IMG/VR virus record: IMGVR_UViG_3300029319_000009 | Reading direction: 5' to 3' (one strand) | DNA from: an uncultured virus (IMG/VR IMGVR_UViG_3300029319_000009) | Taxonomy: Duplodnaviria > Heunggongvirae > Uroviricota > Caudoviricetes | Length of the DNA stretch: 57,717 bases | In this document: one piece after another, positions 10,341 to 19,288 of the stretch | Layout of the letters: each line of letters opens with the position of its first letter | How positions within the stretch are numbered: the first letter of the stretch is position 1 | The notes under the pieces: model-generated | Told to the model about the DNA's origin: nothing | Seen by the model: the letters and a program-made list of their open reading frames with translations, nothing else | The model's database searches: none | Translations under genes and position numbers: made by a program

Positions 10341-11447
10341 ATGTCTAACAACGGAGTTTTTAAAACACTAGACCCTAAAAAGGTCGTCAACGCTGTACAA
10401 GTTTTGAGCGAGCAGATTCCAATTACTGGAACTATTATCAAAGGAACTTATGGAACTTTTCCAAATGAAGAGAATATTAAATATTTTACTTCTACCAATG
10501 ATCATATTGATGTTTACGACTACCCTCATGCTAGCTCATCAGCAAACTTTATGTTTAGCATGACTGCCGGATATGCATCTGCTGTTACAATACAGCCAAA
10601 TCTTCAAAAAACATTAAAAAATAATATTTATCGTCAATTTTCACAACAATATGTTGGATACGATACAAATCAAGACCCAGTTGAATTTAACGTAAGTGGT
10701 GTTTTAAATCCTGAAAACACATTCCCACCAAAGTATGATAGTGCAATTTTTATTGACTTTTCTAGAACTTTAATGAAAGACGAAATCAAAAAAGGCTCTT
10801 TTAAGATTACTCTTGGAACTGGCTCTTTCGCGAACCCCTTTACTGACACTGGGGCTATAACAACAAAAATCTTTTCAGATGCTCACGTCATCGAGGGCAA
10901 TGAAGCAACCTATAAGTCAAACTCTCCCATGGGCGAATACGCGTTGCTCCAAGAGGGAACTGGTTCAACTGTTCCAGAAAATTCACCTTATGGATTTTTA
11001 TACTACCAAGCTGGCTTATTGGTTTTGGCGCCAACAACACAAGTGTTTGGTACTGAGCTTACCAGCGGCTCTGCAAATGGCTTTACAGTAGATGAAGCTC
11101 AAAGCCCAAGCGCTGCACTCCTAACTGGTAGCATCAACGATATTAGCAATGGCGTTCGTGCTCACGTTCAAAACATCGAGTTTAACAATACTACGGAGCT
11201 TAACTCAACTAGTTATTTTGTAAATGCTGGACCAAATGAATTCAACTATAGTAACAACCCCTCTTTCGTAAGTGGAAGCGAGATCATTGTTAAGAATGGT
11301 AAATCAAGCAATCCATCAGTTGCGTACATCACCACAGTTGGTCTATACTCCGCAGACAATCAACTTCTTGCAGTTGGTAAGCTAAGCGAACCTCTTAAGA
11401 AAACTCCTTCAAATGAGATTGCTTTGAAGATGAGAATTGATTACTAA
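10341..11447 (+). CDS. Putative tail/baseplate structural protein
   Basis: C-terminal YITTVGLYSADNQLLAVGKLSEPLKK motif, paralogous to the next gene. SD GGAG. Confidence 0.6.
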   Translation: MSNNGVFKTLDPKKVVNAVQVLSEQIPITGTIIKGTYGTFPNEENIKYFTSTNDHIDVYDYPHASSSANFMFSMTAGYASAVTIQPNLQKTLKNNIYRQFSQQYVGYDTNQDPVEFNVSGVLNPENTFPPKYDSAIFIDFSRTLMKDEIKKGSFKITLGTGSFANPFTDTGAITTKIFSDAHVIEGNEATYKSNSPMGEYALLQEGTGSTVPENSPYGFLYYQAGLLVLAPTTQVFGTELTSGSANGFTVDEAQSPSAALLTGSINDISNGVRAHVQNIEFNNTTELNSTSYFVNAGPNEFNYSNNPSFVSGSEIIVKNGKSSNPSVAYITTVGLYSADNQLLAVGKLSEPLKKTPSNEIALKMRIDY

Positions 11448-11453
11448 AATGCT

Positions 11454-12662
11454 ATGTATGAACTTAAACAAAACGATGTTTTTCAAAATACAACAATAGC
11501 TAGGCCAAAGTACAAGTTTGTTTTATACAGTGGCAGTCTTTTTATCAATGATCAGGTTGATAATGGTATTTATGAAACGGGAAGTATTAGAATCGGTGAT
11601 TTAAATTTAACGCCAACTTCTGATTTAACGATCACAACAAACTTACCGTCTGGCTTTAGCAAATATATTAATGCTAACATCGTTACAGGCAGTGCCATTT
11701 CTTCTTTTACTCTCAATAGAGAATTTGTATATAAAGTTGGCACAACATACAATACAGATTACACGTCTACAAATACAATTTTTAAATTTCTATCATTAAA
11801 AAATTCAATTGATAATCGTAGAGATAGGGCACCATCGTTTGATTTTGATTTATATTTTAACAATAACGGCTTGCCACAGTCAAAAAAGAATGAAATAGCA
11901 GCAGGCACAGATGCCTCAAAAGCAAGTCCAAAGCAGTCATTAAATTTATTAACTTATGATAATATCTTTTACGGCAATCAGATTAGTCCTGGTTCTATAA
12001 CTGCATCTTTTTATAAAGACGGCGATATAATCGCTCAAGCAACTGATGTACATAAAAATGGTGAACTAGTAGAACAAATCAATGCAACACAAGGAACTGG
12101 TAGCGTGGTTGGATTCGTGCTCTACGAAGAAGGGGCGATAGTTTTCACGGGAACTGGAAGTCTTAGTACAGATGAAGAGCCTTATATTCAACCAACTGCT
12201 TCGTCGGGAACTCCAGTTTCTGATGATTCTAAATGGATTCACTTTGGCTCTTATCAAAAAATAGCTAGTTCTGGAAACGCAATTACTGGTTCTGCTTACG
12301 AACTAGAGTTTAAGGGCACTCAACCAAAAGAAACTTTAACCATGTTTGCATATGCTCCCAAGAATGAATTGAACTGGAGCAATAATCCAACTTATTTAAT
12401 TCAGTCAGGTGACAACAGTAAAAATCAATACATTGATGTAACTGGGTCCAACATTTACATGGAAAATGAGAATGTGTATGTTAAAAACATTGTCTCAAGC
12501 TCATTCTCAACCTATTCAGCCAGCTTTGATGCAGTAACTTACATTCGCTCAATCGGTGTTTACGATGAAGATAAAAACTTAATCGCTGTAGCAAAAGTAG
12601 CCAACCCCGTTAAAAAAACCACTGAACAAGATTACACATTTAAGTTAAAATTAGATTTATGA
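11454..12662 (+). CDS. Putative tail/baseplate structural protein (paralog of upstream gene)
   Basis: Shares N.SNNP and the C-terminal YIRSIGVYDEDKNLIAVAKVANPVKK motif with 10341..11447. Confidence 0.6.
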   Translation: MYELKQNDVFQNTTIARPKYKFVLYSGSLFINDQVDNGIYETGSIRIGDLNLTPTSDLTITTNLPSGFSKYINANIVTGSAISSFTLNREFVYKVGTTYNTDYTSTNTIFKFLSLKNSIDNRRDRAPSFDFDLYFNNNGLPQSKKNEIAAGTDASKASPKQSLNLLTYDNIFYGNQISPGSITASFYKDGDIIAQATDVHKNGELVEQINATQGTGSVVGFVLYEEGAIVFTGTGSLSTDEEPYIQPTASSGTPVSDDSKWIHFGSYQKIASSGNAITGSAYELEFKGTQPKETLTMFAYAPKNELNWSNNPTYLIQSGDNSKNQYIDVTGSNIYMENENVYVKNIVSSSFSTYSASFDAVTYIRSIGVYDEDKNLIAVAKVANPVKKTTEQDYTFKLKLDL

Positions 12663-13183
12663 TCTTAGGCTTAGATATTTCCACAAGCATTACAGGCTTA
12701 GCAATTGTTGACAAATCAGGCAAACTGTTGTATACTGATCACATCGACACAAGAAAACAAAAGAACATCTTTGATAAGGCTAACAAAGTAAGGGCTTCAT
12801 TATTAGAATTAAAAAATTCAAACTCAATAGAACACATTTTTATTGAGCAACCATTCACATTCTTTAACTCAGGTGGTTCATCTGCTAAAACAATGGCGAC
12901 CCTACAAAGATTCAATGGGATGGTAAGTTGGATAGTAAACGAAATGTTTAAGATCGAACCAGATTACATTGGTGCTTCTGAAGCAAGAAAGTTATGTGGT
13001 GTTAAAATCGCTCGCGGTCAAAACACCAAGAAAGTCGTGCTTGAAGCAGTCCTTGACATGGAGCCTACTTTTGATGTAGAATATACTAGACACGGCAATC
13101 CAAAGGCAGGTTATTTTGACCGAGCAGATGGAGTTGTTCTAGCAAAGGCAGGATCTATTAAATGTCAGGACACAAGAAACTAA
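12659..13183 (+). CDS. RuvC-like Holliday junction resolvase
   Basis: MILGLDISTSITG, IFIEQP and C-terminal DRADG give the RuvC acidic catalytic pattern. Confidence 0.85.
   Translation: MILGLDISTSITGLAIVDKSGKLLYTDHIDTRKQKNIFDKANKVRASLLELKNSNSIEHIFIEQPFTFFNSGGSSAKTMATLQRFNGMVSWIVNEMFKIEPDYIGASEARKLCGVKIARGQNTKKVVLEAVLDMEPTFDVEYTRHGNPKAGYFDRADGVVLAKAGSIKCQDTRN
13053..13082 (+). promoter_or_regulatory. Sigma70-type promoter inside the resolvase gene, upstream of primase
   Basis: TTGACA (13053-13058), 18-nt spacer, TAGAAT (13077-13082). Confidence 0.55.
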
Positions 13184-14112
13184 AAATTTTGAAAGAAGTT
13201 TTAGGCTCTCCTTTCTATCATGGGAAGGAGAATCTTTTTTATTGTCCTAAGTGCAAGCATCATAAAAAGAAGATGTCAATCAACTTAGATAAAAATAAAT
13301 TTAAGTGTTGGGTCTGTGACTTCTCAGGTAACGATGTGACTTATCTAATCAAGCGATACGGCACACGAGCACAACGAGAAGACTGGTTTGCTCTCTGCAA
13401 CATCTTTGACCACTCAGACTTAGAGTTGCAGCTAACGGAGATCTTAAATCCTCCAACAGAGCAGATTCTTACAGAACAAAAGATTGACTTACCAGAAGAG
13501 TTTGCCACACTAACATCTAATAAACTCTCTGCCAGTGCTTTACCAGCACTCTCTTATCTTCGTAGAAGAGACATTGAGAGGGAAGAAATCATAACTTGGA
13601 AGATTGGGTACTGTTCAAACGGGCTTTACAAAGATAGAATTATCATTCCATCATTCGATAGGGACGGAGACATCAACTACTTTATCGCTAGGTCGTTTAC
13701 AAAGCAGGCTTTTCCAAAGTACAAGAATCCAAGCGCTTCCAAAAAAGTTATTTTCAACGAGTTGTTTTTAGACTTTGATGAGCCGCTAGTAATCGTTGAG
13801 GGCGTCTTTGATGCCATCAATGCTGGTGGCAACGTTGTTCCTATCTTGGGTTCAACATTAGACGAGCAACACCCACTCTTTCAAAAGATTACAGAGCACA
13901 ACACAGAGGTTTACTTAGCCCTAGACCACGATGCTCAAAAGAAAGAGGTTGCGATTGCTAAGTCTCTTCAGTCTTACGGGATTGATGTTTACAAGATTAA
14001 CACAAAGGGCTATCAAGATGTTGGTGTAATGCCAAGAAACATCTATCACAACAGAAAGCAAAAGGCTAAGAAGTTTACTGAGACTTCCCTTTTGAATCAC
14101 AGGTTAGCATAA
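13162..14112 (+). CDS. DNA primase (Zn finger + TOPRIM)
   Basis: CPKC...CWVC zinc-binding domain, RIIIP, TOPRIM IVEGVFD and LDHD motifs. Confidence 0.9.
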   Translation: MSGHKKLKILKEVLGSPFYHGKENLFYCPKCKHHKKKMSINLDKNKFKCWVCDFSGNDVTYLIKRYGTRAQREDWFALCNIFDHSDLELQLTEILNPPTEQILTEQKIDLPEEFATLTSNKLSASALPALSYLRRRDIEREEIITWKIGYCSNGLYKDRIIIPSFDRDGDINYFIARSFTKQAFPKYKNPSASKKVIFNELFLDFDEPLVIVEGVFDAINAGGNVVPILGSTLDEQHPLFQKITEHNTEVYLALDHDAQKKEVAIAKSLQSYGIDVYKINTKGYQDVGVMPRNIYHNRKQKAKKFTETSLLNHRLA

Positions 14113-17100
14113 TGAAATTTGCACACATAGCAGACACACACATTAAAAATTTAAAATATCACAAAGAATATAAGGCTGTCTTCAAGCAGCTTTATGCTTC
14201 ATTGAAAGAGCAGAAAGTGGATTACATTATCCACTGCGGCGATATCGCACACACAAAGACACAGATCTCACCAGAGTTCGTTGAGCTATGCTCCGACTTC
14301 TTAAAGAATCTAGCAGACATCGCCCCAACTTACATCATTCTAGGCAATCATGATGGCAACCTACGGAACTCTTACCGACAGGATGCTATTACTCCTATTG
14401 TGGATGCTCTAAATCACAATAACTTACATCTACTCAAAGACGCTGGCGAGACACACTTGGACGATAAGTTTTGTCTAAATGTCTTGTCAGTGTTCGATGA
14501 AGATAATTGGGTTAAACCAACTGACCCAGATAAAATTAACATAGGACTTTACCATGGTGCGATTAAATATAGCCGAACCGACATTGGATTCGTTATGGAG
14601 CACGGAGAGCACAGCATTTCTATTTTTGATGATTGTGACTATGCTATGCTTGGGGATATCCATAAAACTCAAATCTTAAACAAGGAGGGCACAATTGCCT
14701 ATGCTGGCTCTACAATTCAGCAAAACTTTGGCGAGACAGACGATAAGGGTATGTTCATTTGGGACATTCAGTCCAAAACTGAATTCAGCAGAGAAAAAAT
14801 TAATTTTGTAAACCCAAAGCCATTTATTACAATCCGTCTAACAAAGACAGGTAGAATTCCAAATGGTTTCAAATGCCCAGATGGTGCAAGACTACGATTA
14901 GTGGCAGATTCAAACATCCCTCTAGAACGGCTCAGGAGAGCCGTAGACATCGCCAAGCATAGATTCAAGCCCGAGAGCATTACTTTCCTTAATAAAGCCA
15001 ATAGCGGCGATTTAACGGTGGAAAATAGTGTTGACACAGAACTGTTTGAAAACTTACGTGATGAGAAGACACAGCAAGACCTAATTAAAGAGTACCTTAA
15101 AGACTATAATGTCGGGGAGGACACACTGAATGAAGTTTTCGCTCTTAACTCAAAGTACAACAAAGTTGTTGAGGAGAGTGAAGATATTTCTAGAAACGTC
15201 CACTGGCGTATTAAGAAGTTTAGTTGGGACAATCTATTCAATTACGGTGAGGGCAACTCTATTGACTTTGATAAGTTGTCTGGCACTGTGGGAATTTTTG
15301 GTAAGAATTACAGCGGAAAGTCTAGCGTCATTGATGCTCTACTTTACACAATTTATAATAATACTTCTAAAAACATTCGAAAAACTTACAACATTATCAA
15401 CCAAAACAAAGATTATGGCTCTGGTTTGGTGGAGATTGAAGCTAACAATAAAACTTATCAGATTAGTCGCAGATCGGATAAATACGTTAAGAAGCTCAAG
15501 GGTAAGACTACAAATGAAGCTAAAACCCAAGCCGACTTTGATTACGTGGACAAGGTTTCAGGAGAGATTGGTTCCCTCAACCAGACAGCACGAGGTGGAA
15601 CAGACAAGGCAATCCGAAATGTCTTCGGAGACTTAGACGATTTCTTGAACACATCTATGTCTTCTCAGTTGGGAGCACTTGGCTTTATCAACGAGGGTTC
15701 AACCCGTCGTAAAGAAATCTTAGCAAAGTTCCTTGACTTGGAGTTCTTTGAGAAAAAGTTTAAGTTAGCCAAGGAAGACGCTTCGGATCTACGAGGAGCC
15801 CTTCGTAGAATTCAAGATGTTAATTATGATGATGACATCAAAAAGACAAAGAACGACATTTTTAGAGCAGGTGCAGCAGTAGCAAGACAAAAGAACTTGT
15901 GTACGGAACTAAAGGATAACTTAAGTTCTGTGAATGAAGAAATAGCAGAACTGGAATACAAGTTGGCACAGATTCCAGAAGATCCCATCTCCATTCGTAA
16001 GGTGCGTAAAAACCTAGAGCAAATGGGTAAAGATAAGAAAAATTTAAAAAATAAAGTTAGCAATCTAACGAACGATATCAAAGACAAGGAAGATTTCTTA
16101 GAGAAGGCTTCATCTTTGCTAGAGACAATCGACATTCTGAATCTCAACAAGCAAAAGGAAGAAGCTGACGGGCTACAAGATAAGATTGATTCTCTTTTGC
16201 GAGAGCAACAAAAGAAAGAACAAGAAAAGGAAACAAGCCTTCGTCAGATTAAAATTCTGACGGACATTCCCTGCGGGGACAAGTTCTTAACTTCTTGTAA
16301 ATTTATTAAGGACGCTCACAATGCGAAGCAAGACCTTTCCATTACAAAGAAAGTTTTATTAGAGGTTGAAGATAAGTTGAAGCTAAAAGCAGGTGAACTA
16401 TCCGATATTGATGTTGATAAAGTTAGCGGCACTATTAATAACTGGGCTCGACTAACTGATAAGAGAAAGGACGAGCAGTCTAGACTTACTAACCTAAACC
16501 TAGACCTAGAGCGAACTAACTCTGCCTTACAAAAGCTAGAAGGCGAGATTAAAGAGTTGAACGAGACAGCCGATTACTATGAGGAGCACAAAGAGGTTCT
16601 TGAAAACATTGAAAAGGTTATGTTGGAGTTGGAACTTGCTAAAACAAATAAAGAACGAACAGAACAAGAGCTACAGAATTGTGAAGATCAAATCTACACA
16701 CTTGTTGGCAAAGAAGGGGCATTAGAGCAAAAGCTAGAGAACCTAAAAGATCTTAAGAGTCAGAAAAATAGATTGAACACAGAATACTCTGCTTACGACC
16801 TGTTTATGACTTGTATGCATTCTAACGGCATCGCATTTGATGTAATCAAAAAGGCATTGCCAGTAATCAATACAGAGATCGCTAAAGTTCTGTCTAACAT
16901 TGTTGAGTTTGAGGTATTCTTTGAGAATAGTGAGAATAAGTTAAACATTCTAATCAAGCACCCAAAGCACGATCCGCGACAACTTGAGACATGTTCAGGT
17001 GCAGAGAAGACCCTCGCTGCTGTTGCTATTAGAATTGCTCTACTAAATGTAAGCAACATGCCAAAATCAAATTTGTTCATTTTGGATGAGCCGGGAACTG

Positions 17101-17267
17101 CTTTAGATGCTGAAAACATGGAAGGTTTCGTAAGGATCTTAGATCTTGTAAAAGGTTATTTTGATGTAACTTTACTAATTACTCACATAGAGAGTCTGAA
17201 AGATATTGTCGATATGACAGTAGAAATCTCTAAAACAGATGACGGATACGCATTTGTTAATCAATGA
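14112..17267 (+). CDS. Fused Mre11/SbcD nuclease - Rad50/SbcC ATPase (gp47-gp46-like fusion)
   Basis: N-terminal phosphoesterase motifs DTH, GD, GNHD, GDIH. Walker A GKNYSGKS, long coiled coil, signature CSGAE, Walker B ILDEP, H-loop ITH. Confidence 0.92.
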   Translation: MKFAHIADTHIKNLKYHKEYKAVFKQLYASLKEQKVDYIIHCGDIAHTKTQISPEFVELCSDFLKNLADIAPTYIILGNHDGNLRNSYRQDAITPIVDALNHNNLHLLKDAGETHLDDKFCLNVLSVFDEDNWVKPTDPDKINIGLYHGAIKYSRTDIGFVMEHGEHSISIFDDCDYAMLGDIHKTQILNKEGTIAYAGSTIQQNFGETDDKGMFIWDIQSKTEFSREKINFVNPKPFITIRLTKTGRIPNGFKCPDGARLRLVADSNIPLERLRRAVDIAKHRFKPESITFLNKANSGDLTVENSVDTELFENLRDEKTQQDLIKEYLKDYNVGEDTLNEVFALNSKYNKVVEESEDISRNVHWRIKKFSWDNLFNYGEGNSIDFDKLSGTVGIFGKNYSGKSSVIDALLYTIYNNTSKNIRKTYNIINQNKDYGSGLVEIEANNKTYQISRRSDKYVKKLKGKTTNEAKTQADFDYVDKVSGEIGSLNQTARGGTDKAIRNVFGDLDDFLNTSMSSQLGALGFINEGSTRRKEILAKFLDLEFFEKKFKLAKEDASDLRGALRRIQDVNYDDDIKKTKNDIFRAGAAVARQKNLCTELKDNLSSVNEEIAELEYKLAQIPEDPISIRKVRKNLEQMGKDKKNLKNKVSNLTNDIKDKEDFLEKASSLLETIDILNLNKQKEEADGLQDKIDSLLREQQKKEQEKETSLRQIKILTDIPCGDKFLTSCKFIKDAHNAKQDLSITKKVLLEVEDKLKLKAGELSDIDVDKVSGTINNWARLTDKRKDEQSRLTNLNLDLERTNSALQKLEGEIKELNETADYYEEHKEVLENIEKVMLELELAKTNKERTEQELQNCEDQIYTLVGKEGALEQKLENLKDLKSQKNRLNTEYSAYDLFMTCMHSNGIAFDVIKKALPVINTEIAKVLSNIVEFEVFFENSENKLNILIKHPKHDPRQLETCSGAEKTLAAVAIRIALLNVSNMPKSNLFILDEPGTALDAENMEGFVRILDLVKGYFDVTLLITHIESLKDIVDMTVEISKTDDGYAFVNQ

Positions 17268-17277
17268 GGAATAAAAA

Positions 17278-17340
17278 ATGTGTGGATGTGATAATTGTAA
17301 ATGTGAAAACAACTGCGGCTGCGATTGCTGCTGCGGTTAA
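17278..17340 (+). CDS. 20-aa Cys-rich metallothionein-like peptide (MCGCDNCKCENNCGCDCCCG)
   Basis: Translated by hand. GAGGA SD 7 nt upstream, 9 Cys in 20 residues, fills the intergenic gap. Absent from the ORF track. Confidence 0.65.
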   Translation: MCGCDNCKCENNCGCDCCCG

Positions 17341-17361
17341 TAACTAACCAGAGAGGGTAAA

Positions 17362-17556
17362 ATGGTGGCAGCAGTAAAAGCATTTGCCGATAGGCATTTA
17401 GAAAGATTCGTATCAAAGAAACTTTTGGTATGGCTCACAACAACAGGTCTACTTCTTGCCGAGAAGGTAGATTCAGAGCAGTGGATAATAATCGCCACAG
17501 CATATGTCGGCACACAGGGCTTCGTTGACGTCGTGGGCCGTCTCAAAGGAAAGTAA
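17362..17556 (+). CDS. Small two-helix membrane protein (holin-like)
   Basis: SKKLLVW hydrophobic segment, a second hydrophobic segment and a basic C-terminus. SD GAGG. Confidence 0.5.
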   Translation: MVAAVKAFADRHLERFVSKKLLVWLTTTGLLLAEKVDSEQWIIIATAYVGTQGFVDVVGRLKGK

Positions 17557-17960
17557 TGAATTGGCTAATAGCTAAACAAATCCTACAAAAAGCTTGGTTT
17601 TACATTAAAAATTATTGGTGGGTTGGGGCACTAATCGCATTAGGTTTTGTGCTCCACAAGTTTTTTCTATTTGATAAAGATGTTTTAGGTGGTCTTTACG
17701 AAGAGAAGGCAAAACAAAACGAAAAAGAATTAAAAGTTATAAACGAAACTCACAAGCACGAAAGAGTGGAGAAAGAAAGAGCAACTGAAGATTTTAAGGT
17801 TGCTGTAGAAGCACTTGATGAAGAGCGAAAACAAGCAGGCGAAAAAGTAAAGCAAGAAGAAAAGAGAAGAATCAAAGAAATCGTTGCTATGCCTGAAAAG
17901 GAAAGAGTGTCTGCTCTTGCTGAAGAGTTTGGTTTAGAGATCGTTGAGGTTGAAGAATGA
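17556..17960 (+). CDS. N-terminally membrane-anchored coiled-coil protein (spanin-like topology)
   Basis: WWVGALIALGFVL TM segment followed by a charged helical region. Confidence 0.45.
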   Translation: MNWLIAKQILQKAWFYIKNYWWVGALIALGFVLHKFFLFDKDVLGGLYEEKAKQNEKELKVINETHKHERVEKERATEDFKVAVEALDEERKQAGEKVKQEEKRRIKEIVAMPEKERVSALAEEFGLEIVEVEE

Positions 17961-18394
17961 GAATCACAGCAATCATTTCACTAATAATTCTTTTACCCGC
18001 ACTCTGTTTTGCTAATGGCAAAGTAGCAGCAATAAAGAAAGGTCAAAGAGCACCTTTCGATGGTATCTTATTAGACAAGAAAGCAGAAGCAACAATAACT
18101 GCTAAAAGAGAATCAGCAGTTAAGATTTGCGAGATCGATAAGAATTACACAATTAAGAAATTAAAATCAGAGTGTGACTTCAACAAGAGAATCTTAACAA
18201 TAGAAAAAGATTCAGATAAGAAAAAGCACGATGCTCTAATGGATCTCAAAAAAGCCGAAGTTAAAAGATTAGAGATTGCCCTTAAAAAATCACAGAAACC
18301 AGATTATAGTAGATTATGGTTTGTTGGCGGTTTTGTTGCCGGTGTTGGTTTGTCCATCGGCATCTTCTATGCTGCCGCACAGGCGAGTAAATGA
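17957..18394 (+). CDS. Exported coiled-coil protein with signal peptide and C-terminal TM helix
   Basis: Signal-like MRITAIISLIILLPALCFA and C-terminal WFVGGFVAGVGLSIGIFYA. ATGA overlap. Confidence 0.5.
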   Translation: MRITAIISLIILLPALCFANGKVAAIKKGQRAPFDGILLDKKAEATITAKRESAVKICEIDKNYTIKKLKSECDFNKRILTIEKDSDKKKHDALMDLKKAEVKRLEIALKKSQKPDYSRLWFVGGFVAGVGLSIGIFYAAAQASK

Positions 18395-18714
18395 AGAAAG
18401 ATTTAAATCAAGTAGCAAAAATAGAACAAGCTATTGAAAAGCGATGGGGCAAGGAGGCTGTTGAGAATCCTGCTACCCATTGGGACGAAGAAAAAGAAAA
18501 AGAATATTTAGAACAATTAAAAGAAAGAGTTAGTAAAGAAGAGCGATCTTCAACTACTCGCGAACACGATGGTATTTTAATAACCTCAAAACTATTTATT
18601 GATAGAAAAGCTGACAAATGCCCAGTTTGTCATAGTTTTAAGATGTCCAACATCGACAAAGTTATGATAAAAAAGATAGGACACTGCCAGCGATGCGAAT
18701 GGAAGAAAAACTGA
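18391..18714 (+). CDS. Hypothetical protein with C-terminal Zn ribbon
   Basis: CPVC...CQRC. ATGA overlap with the upstream gene. Confidence 0.55.
   Translation: MKKDLNQVAKIEQAIEKRWGKEAVENPATHWDEEKEKEYLEQLKERVSKEERSSTTREHDGILITSKLFIDRKADKCPVCHSFKMSNIDKVMIKKIGHCQRCEWKKN
18591..18599 (+). promoter_or_regulatory. Putative late promoter motif ACTATTTAT
   Basis: Exact motif inside a CDS, upstream of the genes leading into terminase. Confidence 0.45.
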
Positions 18715-19280
18715 TGGACAAAATTCAACAAATTATTCAAGGTATTGCAGCAGCAATGGCAAACTCCTACGACGGAGCAACTGACGAGAATGGTGATCCC
18801 ATCAAGATCGGTCTTCGCAGAGAAGAGGGCGATCCTGTTCTAGACAGCCGTGTCATGGATGGTTTTGGTTGTAAGATCCAGGGCGACCTTCTAGTTGTTA
18901 AATACAACACAGAAGAGAATCTTAAAGGTCTCCGTGGTATTCACCGCATGGGCATAGAGAAGTACCAGCAAGAAATTGAACAGAGAATGGCCGACATTAT
19001 CAAGTTCATTAAAAAAGAAGCTAAGAAAGCTACTGGTGCTAATGTTAACTTAAAACTAGATGGCGAAATTGACATCCTCATTCAACCAATGAATAAGCTT
19101 CGCACAATGGTTTCCGCAGTTGGTATGTACAAGATCGCCGGCATGAAGGCTCAGGAAGACCCAAAGCCAGAGGGTAAGACAAGAAACGAAGCAGACTTCT
19201 ACAAAAGCTTTATTTCTAATCTTAAAGAAGCTCAAAAGAAGAAAAATCTAGCTTACAAGCCTTTTTGGCGTAAGTCCTAG
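18714..19280 (+). CDS. Hypothetical protein directly upstream of terminase
   Basis: Start placed at the TGATG overlap (18714) rather than 18693. Confidence 0.55.
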   Translation: MDKIQQIIQGIAAAMANSYDGATDENGDPIKIGLRREEGDPVLDSRVMDGFGCKIQGDLLVVKYNTEENLKGLRGIHRMGIEKYQQEIEQRMADIIKFIKKEAKKATGANVNLKLDGEIDILIQPMNKLRTMVSAVGMYKIAGMKAQEDPKPEGKTRNEADFYKSFISNLKEAQKKKNLAYKPFWRKS

Positions 19281-19288
19281 TTATTTAG

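Noticed and set aside
18714..19280. Terminase small subunit by position
   Set aside because: Only synteny supports it and no recognisable TerS features were seen, so it is left as hypothetical.
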